64,000 nucleotides of DNA from Prorocentrum cordatum (taxonomy: Eukaryota): positions 1-64,000 of the forward strand of contig CAUYUJ010000170.1 in the NCBI GenBank assembly GCA_963575745.1, in the 5' to 3' direction. Each line of letters starts with the position of its first letter. Position 1 is the stretch's first letter. Below, piece after piece: positions 49,675 through 62,050 of this stretch. The notes below the pieces were generated by a model that worked only from the letters and a program-made list of their open reading frames with translations, was not told the DNA's origin and made no database searches. The position numbers and the translations under genes are program-made.

Positions 49675-49929
49675 TTGGGGTGACCCAAAAGGGGGTCCAG
49701 CTGAAAGGGGGTGGTGAAACAGATTTGGGGCAATGTATTGTAAATGGAATGCGCAGGAGACTTGTACTTCATTGTATTGCAAGTAACGTGCTGCGCGCGA
49801 AAATACAACAATAAATTTGCGCCCCGAAACGTATTGCACGCCCCAAATGTATTGCAATCCCAAAAATATATTGCACCAGATCTACTGTACCACCCCCTTG
49901 TCGCTGGACCCCCTTTGGGGTCAACCCGA
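49675..49929. mobile_element. MITE, TTGG...CCGA termini, 5-bp TSD tttcc
   Basis: tttcc at 49670-49674 and 49930-49934; TIR ggggtgacccaaaagggggtccagc / gctggaccccctttggggtcaaccc. Confidence 0.8.
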
Positions 49930-50228
49930 TTTCCTGGATCTGCGCCCGGGCCCCCCCTGCGCGGTGCTCCGGATGCCTATTTTACGCACGTGCTCTTCAC
50001 TGAGACTGAGGGAAACACCCCAGGCCCGAAACAAAGCAATCCTCCGGATGCCTGGAGTCCTTCTGCCCCCCGACGATTCCCCTCGTTACCTTCTGACTGA
50101 CTGCACTACACACACACGACAAGATATCGTGCCATAAGACGACCTTAGAACGCACTCTCCGTCGATCTTTGCGGATCCTGGGGTGCCCTAGAGTGCACGG
50201 CTGAAGAAGCAGGTCTAGCGGGGCACAC

Positions 50229-50285
50229 CAGGCGGTCGATGAGCCACTCCCTCCTGGCGTCCTCCAGCGGGAGCTCCCTGGAGGC
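50229..50285 (-). CDS. Exon B of putative U2SURP-like gene (ASRELPLEDARREWLIDRL)
   Basis: GAG|GCC acceptor, CTG|GTGTG donor; 57 nt, phase 0/0, all third positions G/C. WLIDRL fits the second SAP helix. Confidence 0.7.
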
Positions 50286-50339
50286 CTCGCGGCCAGAATG
50301 TCTCGTGGCCTTCCTCGTCGCCTCTGGTCACCATCGCCA

Positions 50340-51054
50340 TCATAGCGGTCGTCGATGCCGCCATAATCATCCTTATCATCACCACCATCCACCACCGCCA
50401 CCACCCATCATCATCAGCATCACCACCACCATCATCATCATAATAATCATCATCAGCATCATCGCCATCGTCATTCTCAACATCATCATCGTCATCGTCA
50501 TCCTCATCCTCGTCGTCATCATCAGCATCACCATCATCGGCATCATCGTCACCATCATTATCATCATCATCATCATCTCTACCATCGTCTTTATCGTCAT
50601 CACCATTATCATAACTAGCACCACCACATTTATCAACACCACCACTGCCACCATCACAATCACTGACGTAATCACACTTATCAACGACATCATCGTCATC
50701 ATCATATCATCATCGTCGTCACCATAACTGTCATCATTGTCATCATTGGCATCGTTGTCATCACCATCATCGCTATTATCGTCGTCATCACCGCCATCGT
50801 CAACACCATCGTGATCATCATCACCACAAGCATCACCATGCTGATCATCATCGTCATCATCATTGTCGTCATCATCATCATCATCATCAGCATCATCATT
50901 TTCATCCCTGTCATCATTGTCATCATCACCATCATCATCACCATCGGAACCATAATTACATTCATCCTCACAAACATCATCCTCGTCATCGTCTTCATCG
51001 TCACTACCGTCATCTCAACTACAACCAACCACCACAATTATCACCACCATTGTC

Positions 51055-51086
<32 letters not shown>

Positions 51087-51440
51087 CGTCATCGTCATCA
51101 TCGTCATGGTCATCATCATCGTCATCATCATCACGACAGCCAGCATCTACATCGGAATCATCATCATCATGAGCTTCGTCATCGTCTTCGTCACTGTCGT
51201 CGTCATCGTCATCGTCATCGCAAACAGCATCGACATCACCTAATCCTCGCCGTGACCATCATGCTTGCAGACACAGCCTCTAAAATCGTCGTCATCGGCG
51301 GCATCGTCATCATCATCATCACCATCTTCATCATCATTTTCATCATCATCATCATCATCATCATCAGCATCGTCATCGTGACCGGTGATGTCACAGTGAC
51401 AGCACCATCATCATTACCATTATCATACACCTCCCCGTCA
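50340..51440. repeat. (CAT)n degenerate microsatellite
   Basis: catcat/cac/cgt runs. Confidence 0.95.
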
Positions 51441-52859
51441 TAGCTGCTGTCACAAGGCCGCCTCGCACGGACTTCGCGGCTGCCCTGCAGGCGGACCGCC
51501 CGAACCTGAAACTGATGGCATCACGGGCAGCGGATCGACCGAGCCTGCTGGGACTGAAACTTGACGCACACGTTTCAGCATGGACGAACCGACATCCTCC
51601 TCCTCCTCCTCCTCCCCTCCTCCTCCTCCTCCTCCTCCTCCTCCTTCTCCCCTATTCCGTCCCTCATTATCTCCTCCTCCTCCTCCTCCTCCTCCTCCTC
51701 CTCCCCCTCCTCCTCAGCAGGATGAAACGTTTGATCATTGACCAAATAAAGAAAAGCATCTCCGACGATGTGATTGTGGCCGACCGGCGGCTTCTGGCCC
51801 TCGGGGGCCGCTGTCGGGCCGCGGACGAAAAACTACCCCCGTGAGAAGGGGATCGGGAACTTTGGGGTCGCTGATTGAAGCAGAAACACATCGTCGGATG
51901 TCTGGCAAGAACGAACTGGAAGCGGGAAGCGAGGGGGGCAGAGAACAAGAGCGAAGACAGTTGCAGCGGACAGAGGAAGAACAGATAATCAGCAAGAGAG
52001 GGACAAATAGAAGTGCCAAGGAGAGGCGCACGGGAAGCCGAAAGCACGGCAAGAAACAGGACGACAATGCAACACCTGCCGACCAAGCCAGCGATCATCT
52101 AGAATTCGAGTCAAACGCCGTCTTACGCTAAGCATGGCGCATCTTCCCCCTTCTCCTCCTTCCCCTCCTCCTCCTCCTGTTCCTCCTGCTCCTCTCTCCT
52201 CATCCTGCTCTTGGTCATCCTCCTGCATGAACCGTCTAGAGCCCCGTCGATCCAAGCACCCCCCGAAACACAACCCCCTCCTCCCCCTCCTTCCTCCTCA
52301 GTGTCCTAAAATTCCTCCCTCTCCCCCTCCTCTCTCCTCCCTCCTCCCCCTCCTCCTCCTCCTCCTTCTACTCCTCCTCCTCCTCCTCGGTTCGGTGCGG
52401 TTCGGAAGAGCGCAAGGGGTTCAAGGCGCACACACGGGTGAGACGAGAGCAACGCAGGAATAACGGCAGAGACAGGCATCCCGCTTCCGGCGCCGTGGGG
52501 CGCATCCCTCCCTGCGAGCGAGGGGCCGTCAACAACAGGGAACGATCATCCACAACAAAAAGACACCAACGAGAAAAAGGAAACGGAAATACCATACAAT
52601 CAGGAGACGAAGAATATTCCCCATAAGCACGGGCCAACTTACTGCCAAAGGCGCCGGAACCCCAACTGGGGCATTGCACCACATTCTCGGGGCAGTGCCA
52701 CAAGGAGGAATGCCTAAGAATCGGCCTTGGCCGAATCAAAACCTCCCCCTAGAGTGCGTTGTTTCACGGACTGCGTGCAACTATTCGCACGGCGTCTGCG
52801 CACCCAAGAGCACACAACGAGATGACATGCCTGCACACACACGCACACACGAGTCGTGC

Positions 52860-52891
52860 CCGTAGTCGTACCCGTAGTCGTCGTACTCGTC

Positions 52892-52925
<34 letters not shown>

Positions 52926-52998
52926 CAGTAGTAGTAGTAGTAGAAGTAGTAATAGTAGTAGTAGGAGTTGTAGTAGTATTAATTATACAACCGTAATC

Positions 52999-53061
<63 letters not shown>

Positions 53062-53580
53062 AAGGTAGTAGTAGTAGTAGTAGTAGTAGTAGTCGTGGGC
53101 ATAGTAATAGTAGCATTAGCCGGAATCGCAGTAGTAGTAATAATAGTCGTAGTAGCCGGAGCAGTAGTCGCAGCAGTCGTGGCGGATGTGGTAGTAGTAC
53201 TAGGTAGCGGTAGTAGTAGTAGTAGTAGCAGCAGTAGTTGTAGTAGTCGTGGTAACTTTAGTGGCAGCGGAAGTAGTAATAGCAGGGCAAACAGTAGTAG
53301 CAGTAGTAGTAGTAGTAGTCGTAGTCGTAGTCGCAGTCGTAGTTGATGTAGCCGGTGTAGTAGTAATCATATGAATAGTTGTCGTGGAAGTCGTACTTGA
53401 AACAGTAATTTTCGGAAAAGTACTGGGAGTAATCGTGGAGGTAGTCCAAATAGTGGTGGCAGTACAAGTACCACTGCAAGTCGTAGGAGTAGCAAAAGTA
53501 CTCGTAGTCGTCGTGTCGTCGTTGTAGTAGTCGTGGTACTCGTAAAAGTCGTCGTCGTAGTAGTAGTACTCGTAGTAGCG

Positions 53581-53618
<38 letters not shown>

Positions 53619-53658
53619 CGTGGAACAAAAGAAGTAGTAGTAGCTGTGATAGTGATAA

Positions 53659-53691
<33 letters not shown>

Positions 53692-53811
53692 CAGTAGTAG
53701 TAGTAGTAGTAGTAGTAGTAGCAGTAGCAGTAGCAATGGTAGTAGTAGCCGTCGCAATCGACATAGAAGTCGTCGTAGCAGTTGTAGTAGTAGTTGTCTC
53801 AGTAGTAGCAC

Positions 53812-53856
<45 letters not shown>

Positions 53857-53857
53857 C

Positions 53858-53891
<34 letters not shown>

Positions 53892-55073
53892 ATCGTGGTA
53901 GTAGTAATAGTAGCAGTAGTAGTAGTAAGAGTAGTAGTAGTAGTAGTAGTAGTAGACGCAGTCGCCGTAGCCGTAGCCGTAACAGTGGTCGCAGTAGTGG
54001 TAGTAAGACTAATAGCAGTAGACGTAGAAGTAGTAGTAGTCGCAGTCGTAGCAGTCGTAGTAGTAGTTGCTGTAGCTGCTGCTGCCGAATAAGTAAAAGT
54101 CGTGCGAATGGTAATTTCAGAAAATTAGCAGTAGACGTAGTAGTAGTAGTCGTAGTCGTACGTGCCGTCGCCGTCGTACTCGTCACCATAATGGTAGTAA
54201 GAACACTGGTAGTGAGGATAGTGGTGGAAGTAACAATGATAATACTACTAGTGGCCGTAGTAGCAGTAGCAGTAGCGGTGATACTAATAGTGGTAGCCGT
54301 AGTGGTAGTAGTAGTAGTAGTAGTAGTAGCAGCAGTCATCGTAGTAGTCACAGTAGCAGTGGTAGTAGTAATACGAAAGGCAGCAGTAGTAGTAGCAGCA
54401 GTAGTCGTAGTAGTGGTAGTAGTAGTAGTAGTAGTGGTAGTAGTAGTCATAGTAGTAATCATGGAAATAATAAGAATAGAAGGGGGAGGGGTAATAGTAG
54501 TAGTCGTGGTGGTCGCAGTCGTAATGGTAGTAATAATAGTGGTTGTCATAGTAGCGATAGTTAGAATACTGGTTGTAGCAGTACCCGTAGTAGTAAACAT
54601 AATAATGAAGGCAATCGTGGTAGCCGTAGTTGTGATATCCATACGAGCCGCAATAGGTAGTAATAGTAGTAGCTGTAGTAGAAGAAGTACGAGTAATAGT
54701 AATAGCAGAAGTGGTAGCAATCGTACTAGTAACGGTGGTAGTAATAATAGTAAGGGTAGTTGTGGTGGTAATAGTAGTAGTCGTCGTCGCCGTCGTCGTG
54801 ATAGTTGTAACCGTAACCGTAGTAGTCGTATGCGCAGTAGTAACTAAAGTTTCTACAGCTGCAGTTGTAGTAGTAGAACATGTAGTAGTGATAGTAGCAA
54901 GAGCAGTAGAAGTAATAGTAGTAGTCGTCGTAGTGGTAGTAACAGTAGTAGTCGTAGTAGAGTCGTAGTAGTAGCAGTAGTACTAGTAGTAGTCGTAGTA
55001 GTAGTCGTAGCAGTAGTAGTAGTAGTAGTAGTAGTAGTAGTCGTCGTCGTCGTGGTGGTAGTAGTAGTAGTAT

Positions 55074-55166
<93 letters not shown>

Positions 55167-55167
55167 T

Positions 55168-55207
<40 letters not shown>

Positions 55208-55390
55208 CAGTAGCAGTAGTAGTAGTAGTAGTAGTAGTAGTAGTCGTCGTAGTCGTAGTCGTAGTAGTAGTAGCAGTAGCAGTAGTAGTAGTAGTAGTAG
55301 TACTAGTAGTCGTAGTAGTTGTTGTTGTGGTAGTTAGTGGCCGTAGTAGTCATAGTGGTAGAAGTAGCATTAGTAGTTGTAGTAGTAGAA
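52860..55390. repeat. (GTA)n microsatellite, ~2.5 kb
   Basis: gtagtagta runs with gca/gtc variants. Confidence 0.97.
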
Positions 55391-55589
55391 GAAGGAGGAC
55401 GAGGAGGAGGAAGAGGTGAGGGGGGAAGAGGAGGAGGAGGGGGAGAGAGAGGACGAGGAGGAGGGGGAGGAGGAGAAGGAGGAGGAGAAGGGTATCATGC
55501 CACGAAATTCAAACACACACCACACATACAATATACCCATTCAAGTACCAAACCTGTACAATCAACTTGGTACTCGACGTCCCTTCCTT

Positions 55590-56060
55590 CCGTCAGTTCT
55601 GGAGACGAAACAAATACGTCTGAAGAAGAAAATACTCCTGATCAAGAAGTGCTCCTGAAGAAATGAGATACTTACGAGGACGAAAGAAATACTCCCGAAG
55701 AAAAACGAAGTTTTGCTGAAGCACTTCTGGAGAAGGAAAAAGTGCTTCTGAAGAAGAAGGACGTGCTACTGAAGAAGAGAGGCATACTTCTGAAGGGGAA
55801 AGGAGTACTCCTGAAGAAGAACAAAATGCTTTTGAAGAAGGAAGAAGTACTCCTGAAGAGGGACGAAGCACTTCTGAGGAAACTTCTGATATAAGTACTT
55901 CTGAAGAAGAAAGAAGTACTTCTAAAGAAGGGAGACGTCCTCCTGAAGCAGAGGGAAGTGCTCCTAATGAAAAAAGAATTAGTTTTGGAGAAGGACGAAG
56001 CACTTCTGAGGAAGCTTCTGATATGAGCACTTCTGAAGAAGAGAGAAGTAATTCTGAGAA
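55590..56060. repeat. 21-bp tandem repeat (agtacttctgaagaagaaaga-like)
   Basis: About 20 degenerate units. Confidence 0.85.
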
Positions 56061-56347
56061 GGAATCAGCCGGGATTGGTCCCAGTAAACCGGTATTGGTA
56101 TCCATTCCGGGGGCAATCTCCTCCTCGCCCTCGTCCTCCTCCCCCCTCCCTCCTCCGACTCCCTCGCTCGCCCGCGCGCCGGGGCCCGCGTCCGAAGACG
56201 CCCTGCCTGTTCGGAGGCTGACGCCACGGAGGTCATGCAAGGGGGCATGGGGTCACTCCCCAACGACGGACGACGGAGCCATAGCAAGGAAGGCCACGAC
56301 AGGACGACAGATGACGGATTCGTCGTCGGCCTCCTCCCCCTCCTCCG

Positions 56348-56349
<2 letters not shown>

Positions 56350-56379
<30 letters not shown>

Positions 56380-57075
56380 AACAGCGGCATCTTCACCACC
56401 CCTCATCGCCCTCATCATCACTATCATCAGCATCATCACAATCGTCAGCATCAGCATCATCGTCATCATCATCGTCATTACCATCATCTTCATCGTCAGC
56501 ATTATCATCGTCGTCACCGTCGTCGTCATCATCACCACAATAATCACATCATCATCACAATCATCACCAACACCATCATAACCGTCGTCGGTATCGTTAT
56601 CACTGTCGTCGTGAGCATCAGCATCAACATCCGCATCATCAGTATCAGCATCCGCATCCGCATCACCACGATCATGCTCATCATCCTCAGAATCCTCATC
56701 ATAATCATCATCAGCATCACCATCATCATCATCCTCACCATCCTCATCATCATCACAAGCATCACCACCATCATCACCATCACCATCATCATCACCATCA
56801 CCACCACCATCATCATCAGCATCAACATCCTCGTCATAACCACCATCACCAACACCATCACCATCATGATCATGATCAGCATCATCAGCATCATCATTAT
56901 CGTCATCCTCATCATCACCATCAACATCATCATCGCCGTTGTCGTCATCGTCATCGTGACCGGCACCATCAACATCATCATCACCATCATCAGCAGCATT
57001 ACCACCATCAGTACCACCATCATCCTCAACATCATCCTCATCCTCATCCTCATCATCGTCATCATCATCATTCTT
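56350..57075. repeat. (CAT)n microsatellite
   Basis: catcat runs. Confidence 0.95.
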
Positions 57076-57142
57076 CCTACTCCTCCTCCGACCCCCTCTT
57101 CCCCATGGCCTTCATCTCCGCCTTTCCTCCCGACCGGCTCGC

Positions 57143-57235
57143 CTCGACGTGGGAGGTGGAGAATCGCAAGCCGCGGGTGCGGCACATCTTCTCGAGCTGC
57201 GAGAAGTGCTGCTTGCGCCAGTCCTCGGGCGGCCA
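57143..57235 (-). CDS. Exon A of putative U2SURP-like gene ([WPPE]DWRKQHFSQLEKMCRTRGLRFSTSHVE)
   Basis: TGGCAG| acceptor (alternative GAG|GAC start at 57223), GAG|GCGAG donor, very high GC3. SQLEKMCRTRGL matches the SAP first-helix pattern. Confidence 0.72.
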
Positions 57236-58349
57236 CTGCCAGCAGTAGGAGAAAAACGATGAGGAGGAGGAGGAGGAGGAGGAGGTGGAGGAGGAGGAGG
57301 AGGAGGAGGATGGGGAGTCGCCGTCGTCGCTGTCGGCGTCGCCGAGGATTACCAGGCTCGTCATAGGCTTACAAGGGCACCTGAACTTCTTTAGGGATTG
57401 ATAGGTCATCGGCGAATTAGTGGAAACTGTGGGGCACCTTGCGGGAAAGCAGCCGCGAGACCGAGGTTCGGATAGGCTTCTGCTCTAGCCACTTGGACGA
57501 CTTCGAACACGGTGTGTGTATTGATCCAGTTTTGATCGGTGATGGGGAAGCTTCGAATACGTTGGGTTTCGACCTATTCGTTCGTACTCACTCGGTGCGA
57601 GAGTTTGGACGACGTCGGAATAGTTGTGCGAGCACTCCCTAGAGTGGGTATGGAGGAGGAGGGGGAAGACAGGGACGAGACGCAAGCAGATGAGGATGAT
57701 GAGGGGGGGGGGGCGAGACGCAGACGCGGTGGAGTAGACGGAGGACACGGAGAAAGAGGAGGAGGAGGAGGAGGAGGACGAGGAGGAGGTGGAGGAGGAG
57801 GAGGAGGAGGTTTCTCTTCCTCCCCCCCTGCCCCCTCCCGGTTGCAGTGAGAGGCGCTGCTGCGCCGCGCCCCTGCGTGCCGACCTTTTCACGGAGCTCA
57901 TGCTCGCCATGCTTCTCCTTGGTTCCGCGTCGCTCCTCCTCGCTCCTCGCTGCTCCTCGCTCCTCGCTCCTCGCTCCTCCTCCTCCTCCTCCTCCTCCTC
58001 CTCCTCTTCATTATCCTCGCTCCTCGTTCCTCCTCCTCCTCCTTGCTCCTCCTCCTCCTCCTCCTCCTCCTCCTCCTGCTGCAGGTGGTATCACTCATTT
58101 ACTGTCACGAAGGCCACGCCGCCCGAGCTGGGTCCCTTCCACTCTTCTCCTTGTGGCGCCGACGGCACGGCCTCGCGGCTGCAGCCCATGCAGCGCAAGC
58201 AGTAGCGCCCGCCCCACAAAGGAAGAGGCGGAGGGGGGAGGCCGAAGGGGGGGCAAGCGACCGACCGAGACCCAAGAGAACACACCTCACGAAAGGGAGA
58301 ACCTGGGAAGCAGCAGCGGCGCCAGGAGCCAGGGCTTCGGACGCCCGAC

Positions 58350-58534
58350 ATGGGTACGGAAAGAGTGGGTACAATGCCCAACAACAAATGTTGTCCCGAA
58401 CCAGCAGCGGCCGCTGTTGGGCAGGCGGCCTCCTGTCTCGAATGGACACAGGCCGCGGCGGCGTGGACAGCGAGCCCTGTTCAAAATGAGCAGGAACTGC
58501 TGTTGGGCACTGTACCCATTCTTTCCGTACCCAT
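58350..58534. mobile_element. MITE-like inverted repeat element
   Basis: atgggtacggaaagagtgggtacaatgcccaaca / tgttgggcactgtacccattctttccgtacccat. Confidence 0.8.
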
Positions 58535-58791
58535 TTTGTTCGTGCAGAACCATTTGGCCAGCCCTGTGAGAAACTATAAGTGCCGATACTGCTACTCCAC
58601 GGACCTCCCCCAGGGTGGGTTCTAACAGAGATTTCGAGGCGCATCCGGCCGTGGCGATGAGGGCCTCCCGGGAGACCCAGAAAGGCTAAAACGAAGCGAG
58701 AGTGGCAGCATCGGTACCTTCTCCTCCTCTGAGCCTGGCGATGCCCTCGGTGATCCCTGTGTCTCACTGCAAACCTTCGGAGGGGAGGGGG

Positions 58792-59005
58792 CGGTCGGAG
58801 ACTTTCGCTTAGCGTGTCGCGGCGGCGGCCCCAGCGACTCGCTATAACCTGCAAGCGGATAGCGTGTCGCTCCGCTCCGCGGGGCGGGAGGCTCGAAGAA
58901 GCTCGGGACGTTGACGCTCGGGGACTGGGATGCGGTTAGCAAGTAGGGTGAAGCGTGATGGACCAGAACCAGCGGCGCAACACGCTAAGCTGAAGTTCCT
59001 GAGCA
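58792..59005. mobile_element. ~215-bp MITE family, copy 3
   Basis: TIR gcttagcgtgtcgc / gcaacacgctaagc; same core as the copies at 21569 and 26055. Confidence 0.8.
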
Positions 59006-59196
59006 TAATTGCGACTCGCACTCTATCGATTGTTCTGTAACGTTAGTGCCACCGCAATCCTGATGGAACAATCGGCGAGCGCACGATCCAAACGAATGCC
59101 CTGGGGTATCCCGGCGGCCCCACGGAAGCACCGACAGCCTGGACAGGCCCGTAGTCTGACGCAGTTGTCCCTGATCGCGCCCGCGAGGGCCTCCCA

Positions 59197-59305
59197 TAGG
59201 GGAACGAAGAATGCCATAAACATAAAAACGCGGAGGTCCGCGCGGATTTCTCGGATCCGCGCTGACTTCAGACCTTTTATGTTTATGCCATTCTCCTTTC
59301 CCCTA
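59197..59305. mobile_element. 109-bp MITE, TAGG...CCTA termini, 5-bp TSD tccca
   Basis: tccca at 59192-59196 and 59306-59310; ~30-bp TIR; empty-site paralogue at ~59540-59594. Confidence 0.88.
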
Positions 59306-60330
59306 TCCCAAGGACCTTGGCACGAAGCAACCGGGCCACGATGACACGATGAGCATCGTTTATCCGACCCCTATCCCCAGCGGCGTGGCCTGGGCCCCAC
59401 TGGCCCATTTACCCCCCTAGATGGGGATACAGGCCGTTCCCTTCGGGTTTCGAGGGGCATATCCCCAGCTGGGGTGGTAGCATGGTGGGGCTGAGAAACC
59501 ATTGCTCAGTGGGGATGGGGATAGGTTCAACGATGCTGATGATCGCGCCCTCGAGGGCCTTCCAAGGACCTTGGCACGAAGCAGGCGGGCCACGAGGCGA
59601 ACGGGCCCTGGACCATGCCTGGGCCATGGGGGCCTTCCCCTGGGACCGGCCTCTCCTCATCCTGAGCAGCTCTTTGTGGAGGTTTTCTCCGAAGGGCTCA
59701 GGCGACCCGTCCTCCTCCTCCTCCTCCTCCTCCTCCTCCTCCTCCTCCTCCTCCTCCATCTCCTCCATCTCCTCCATCTCCTCCTCCTCCTCCTCCTCCT
59801 TCTCCTCCTCCTCCTCCTCCTCCTCCTCCACCACTTTTCCTCCTCCTCCTCCTTTTCCTCCTCATCTTCCTCCTCCTCCTCCTCCTCCTCCTCCTCCTCC
59901 TCCTTGGGTCGCATACGGCCCCGGGGGAAGCCGTGCAGTTTTTTGACAGCCCCAGGGCAAGCGGAGGGCACCGGGAGCCCCAGAACGGCAAAAAAGCTAT
60001 AGGGCCTGTTTCCCTCAGCCGAGGAAAACATATTAGCCAGCGTGGGCCCAAAGCAGTGTGCTCCCAGCGGCCGATGTTGAACAAGCTATGTTGAGCAATC
60101 TATGTGGTGCAACACATGTGTTGTGCAAGGTATGTTGTGCATGGTTGCGTCATGTACGTTGTGAAACTATGTGATGCAATATATGTGGTGTAATGTGTGG
60201 TGCCATCCGTGTGGTGCGCAATCTATGTGGTGCAATCTATGTCGTGCAGCCTATGTGGTGCCATCTGTGTGGTCCGCAATATATATACATGAATATATGT
60301 ACACACATATATATATATACATGTTTATGT

Positions 60331-60378
<48 letters not shown>

Positions 60379-60559
60379 TGCAATCGACGTGATGCGCCCT
60401 ACGTGGTGCAACATAGGTGGTGCGTGTGTTTTTTGTCCCGACCCTCCGTGTTGGGCTCTCGTCTGCAAAAGAGGACTGGCCTCCGCCTCTCCCGCCTCCC
60501 GCTTCCCCCCTGCCTTCCTCCTCCTGCCGTCTGCTTCCTCCTCCTCCTCCTCCCTGCCA

Positions 60560-61300
60560 CGCGCATCCAGCCGAGACCTCGCTGCTCCCCGGGTCGCTGC
60601 TCCCCGGGTGGCTGCGAACTGCGCAGCCGTCGCCGCGTTCGTGGGCTCCTGGGAGGTCCAAGCGGAGTCGGGGGGCCCACGCGCACCCGGATGGGAACCT
60701 CGCAGCTCCCCGGGTGGCTGCGAACTGCGCAACCGTCGCCACGCTTTCGTGGGCTTCTGGGAGGTCCAGCGGAGTCGGGGGCCACGCGCATCCAGCCGAG
60801 ACCTCGCAGCTCCATGGGAGGCTGCGAACTGCGCAACAGTCGCCGCGTTCGTGGGCTCTTGGGGAGGTCCAGCGGAGTCGGGGGGCACGCGCACCCGGAC
60901 GGGAACCTCGCAGCTCCATGGGAGGCTGCGACCTGTGCAACCGTCGCCACTTTCGGGGGCTCTTGGGGAGGTCCAGCGGAGTCGGGGGGCACGCGCACCC
61001 GGACGGGAACCTCGCTGCTTCCTGGGGGGCTGCGACCTGTGCAACCGTCGCCACTTTCGGGGGCTCCCGGGGGGGGGGGGGTCCAGCAGAGTCCGGGGGC
61101 ATGCAAACCCAGACGGGACCTCGCTGCTCCCGGGGCGGCTGCGAACTGCGAAACTGCGAAACTGCCGCCACGCTTTCGTGGGCTCCCCTGGGAGGTCCAG
61201 CAGGGTCGGGGGCCACGCAAACCCCTTTGAGACCTCGCTGCTCCATGGGTGGCTGTGAACTACGCAACTGTCGAAACTTTCATGGGCTCCTGGAAGGCAC
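60560..61300 (+). repeat. ~105-bp tandem repeat, array 2
   Basis: About 7 units of gcgaactgcgcaaccgtcgcc..ggaggtccagcggagtcggggg. Confidence 0.9.
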
Positions 61301-61565
61301 GGCAAAGAGGAGGGCAGCGCAGATCGTGCATATCTGGCGATGTGTTGTTTTGTACGATGCCTTTATACAAATGTTAGCCTCGCGTGGAGAAGGGATGGGT
61401 ATGTCTCGGGTCTTTTTGTGTTGCAGTGCCCCCCCCATTCGTGGAAGCCCGCTTGAAAAAAATCCCCCCGCGCCAGGAGGGTGCGCGGCCGGCGTATTGC
61501 GCAGACAAAGAAGATTCGTTCAGGGGTCAGGTGCGCAAGGCGAGATGCCCGACGGGGACACTCAC

Positions 61566-61869
61566 TCAACGCTTGCCCATAGAGGCGTCACGGTTGGTCA
61601 TGTGGTACTGCCTGGCCGGGGGCAAGTTGGCGAACGTCTTCAGCTCCGACTTCTCCATGTACTTGGCGTACAGCGTCTTCACCTTGTCCGTCTGCCCGTC
61701 TGCGGCGGAATCCAGGAGGTCCTCGGAGATCTCGGTCTGCGCGGCGAAGTCCTTCGGCTGGTTGCGCCAGTACGTGTTGAGCATCTTGAACTTGTTCTCC
61801 TTGGCCAGGACCGCTTTCATGTCGCCAGCGTCGATGGCGCTCTGCAGCTTGATGATGGCGGGGGCGTAC
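61566..61869 (-). CDS. psb31: Psb31-like photosystem II extrinsic lumenal protein, exon 2
   Basis: YAPAIIKLQSAIDAGDMKAVLAKENKFKMLN..KVKTLYAKYM follows the diatom Psb31 pattern (YG.RI..L..AV.KGDF.AV..EKNAF.LFN..L..AY.EY) as recalled. AAG|G acceptor; TGA at 61566-61568. Confidence 0.75.
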
Positions 61870-61870
61870 C

Positions 61871-62046
61871 TTGGCGGCGCGCAAAGGGGGGTAGGGTAGG
61901 GGGAGGGGGGAAGGCTTCTTAGAAGCACCCTGCTTCTTAGAAGGCCTCGGCTCTACGTCTATAGAGAAGGCCCGCGCCTTCTAAGAAGCAGGGGTGCTTC
62001 TAAGAAGCCTTCCCCCCTCCCCCTACCCCCCTCTGCGCGTTGCCGA
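61871..62046. mobile_element. Introner-type MITE forming the psb31 intron (intron 61870-62050)
   Basis: ~75-bp imperfect inverted arms, TTGG...CCGA termini, TSD gtacc at 61866-61870 and 62047-62051. Confidence 0.85.
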
Positions 62047-62050
62047 GTAC

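Noticed and set aside
51720..51810. Plus-strand exon MKRLIIDQIKKSISDDVIVADR
   Set aside because: Isolated, opposite to the local gene strand, with no partner exons.
53200..54847. 506-aa and other poly-L/T/V ORFs, and similar poly-P/E/G/M/I ORFs across the window
   Set aside because: Trinucleotide microsatellites lack stops in most frames.
55590..56060. STSEEER-repeat protein
   Set aside because: A 21-bp tandem repeat with in-frame stops and no start or splice context.
57888..59690. Upstream host exons (EKHGEHELREK, GSEEEK, ELLRMRRGRSQGKAPMAQ)
   Set aside because: Short, several alternatives exist, and no recognisable CID-domain motif.
60417..61560. 501-aa plus-strand ORF 60417-61922
   Set aside because: It consists of a tandem repeat plus the antisense of psb31 exon 2.
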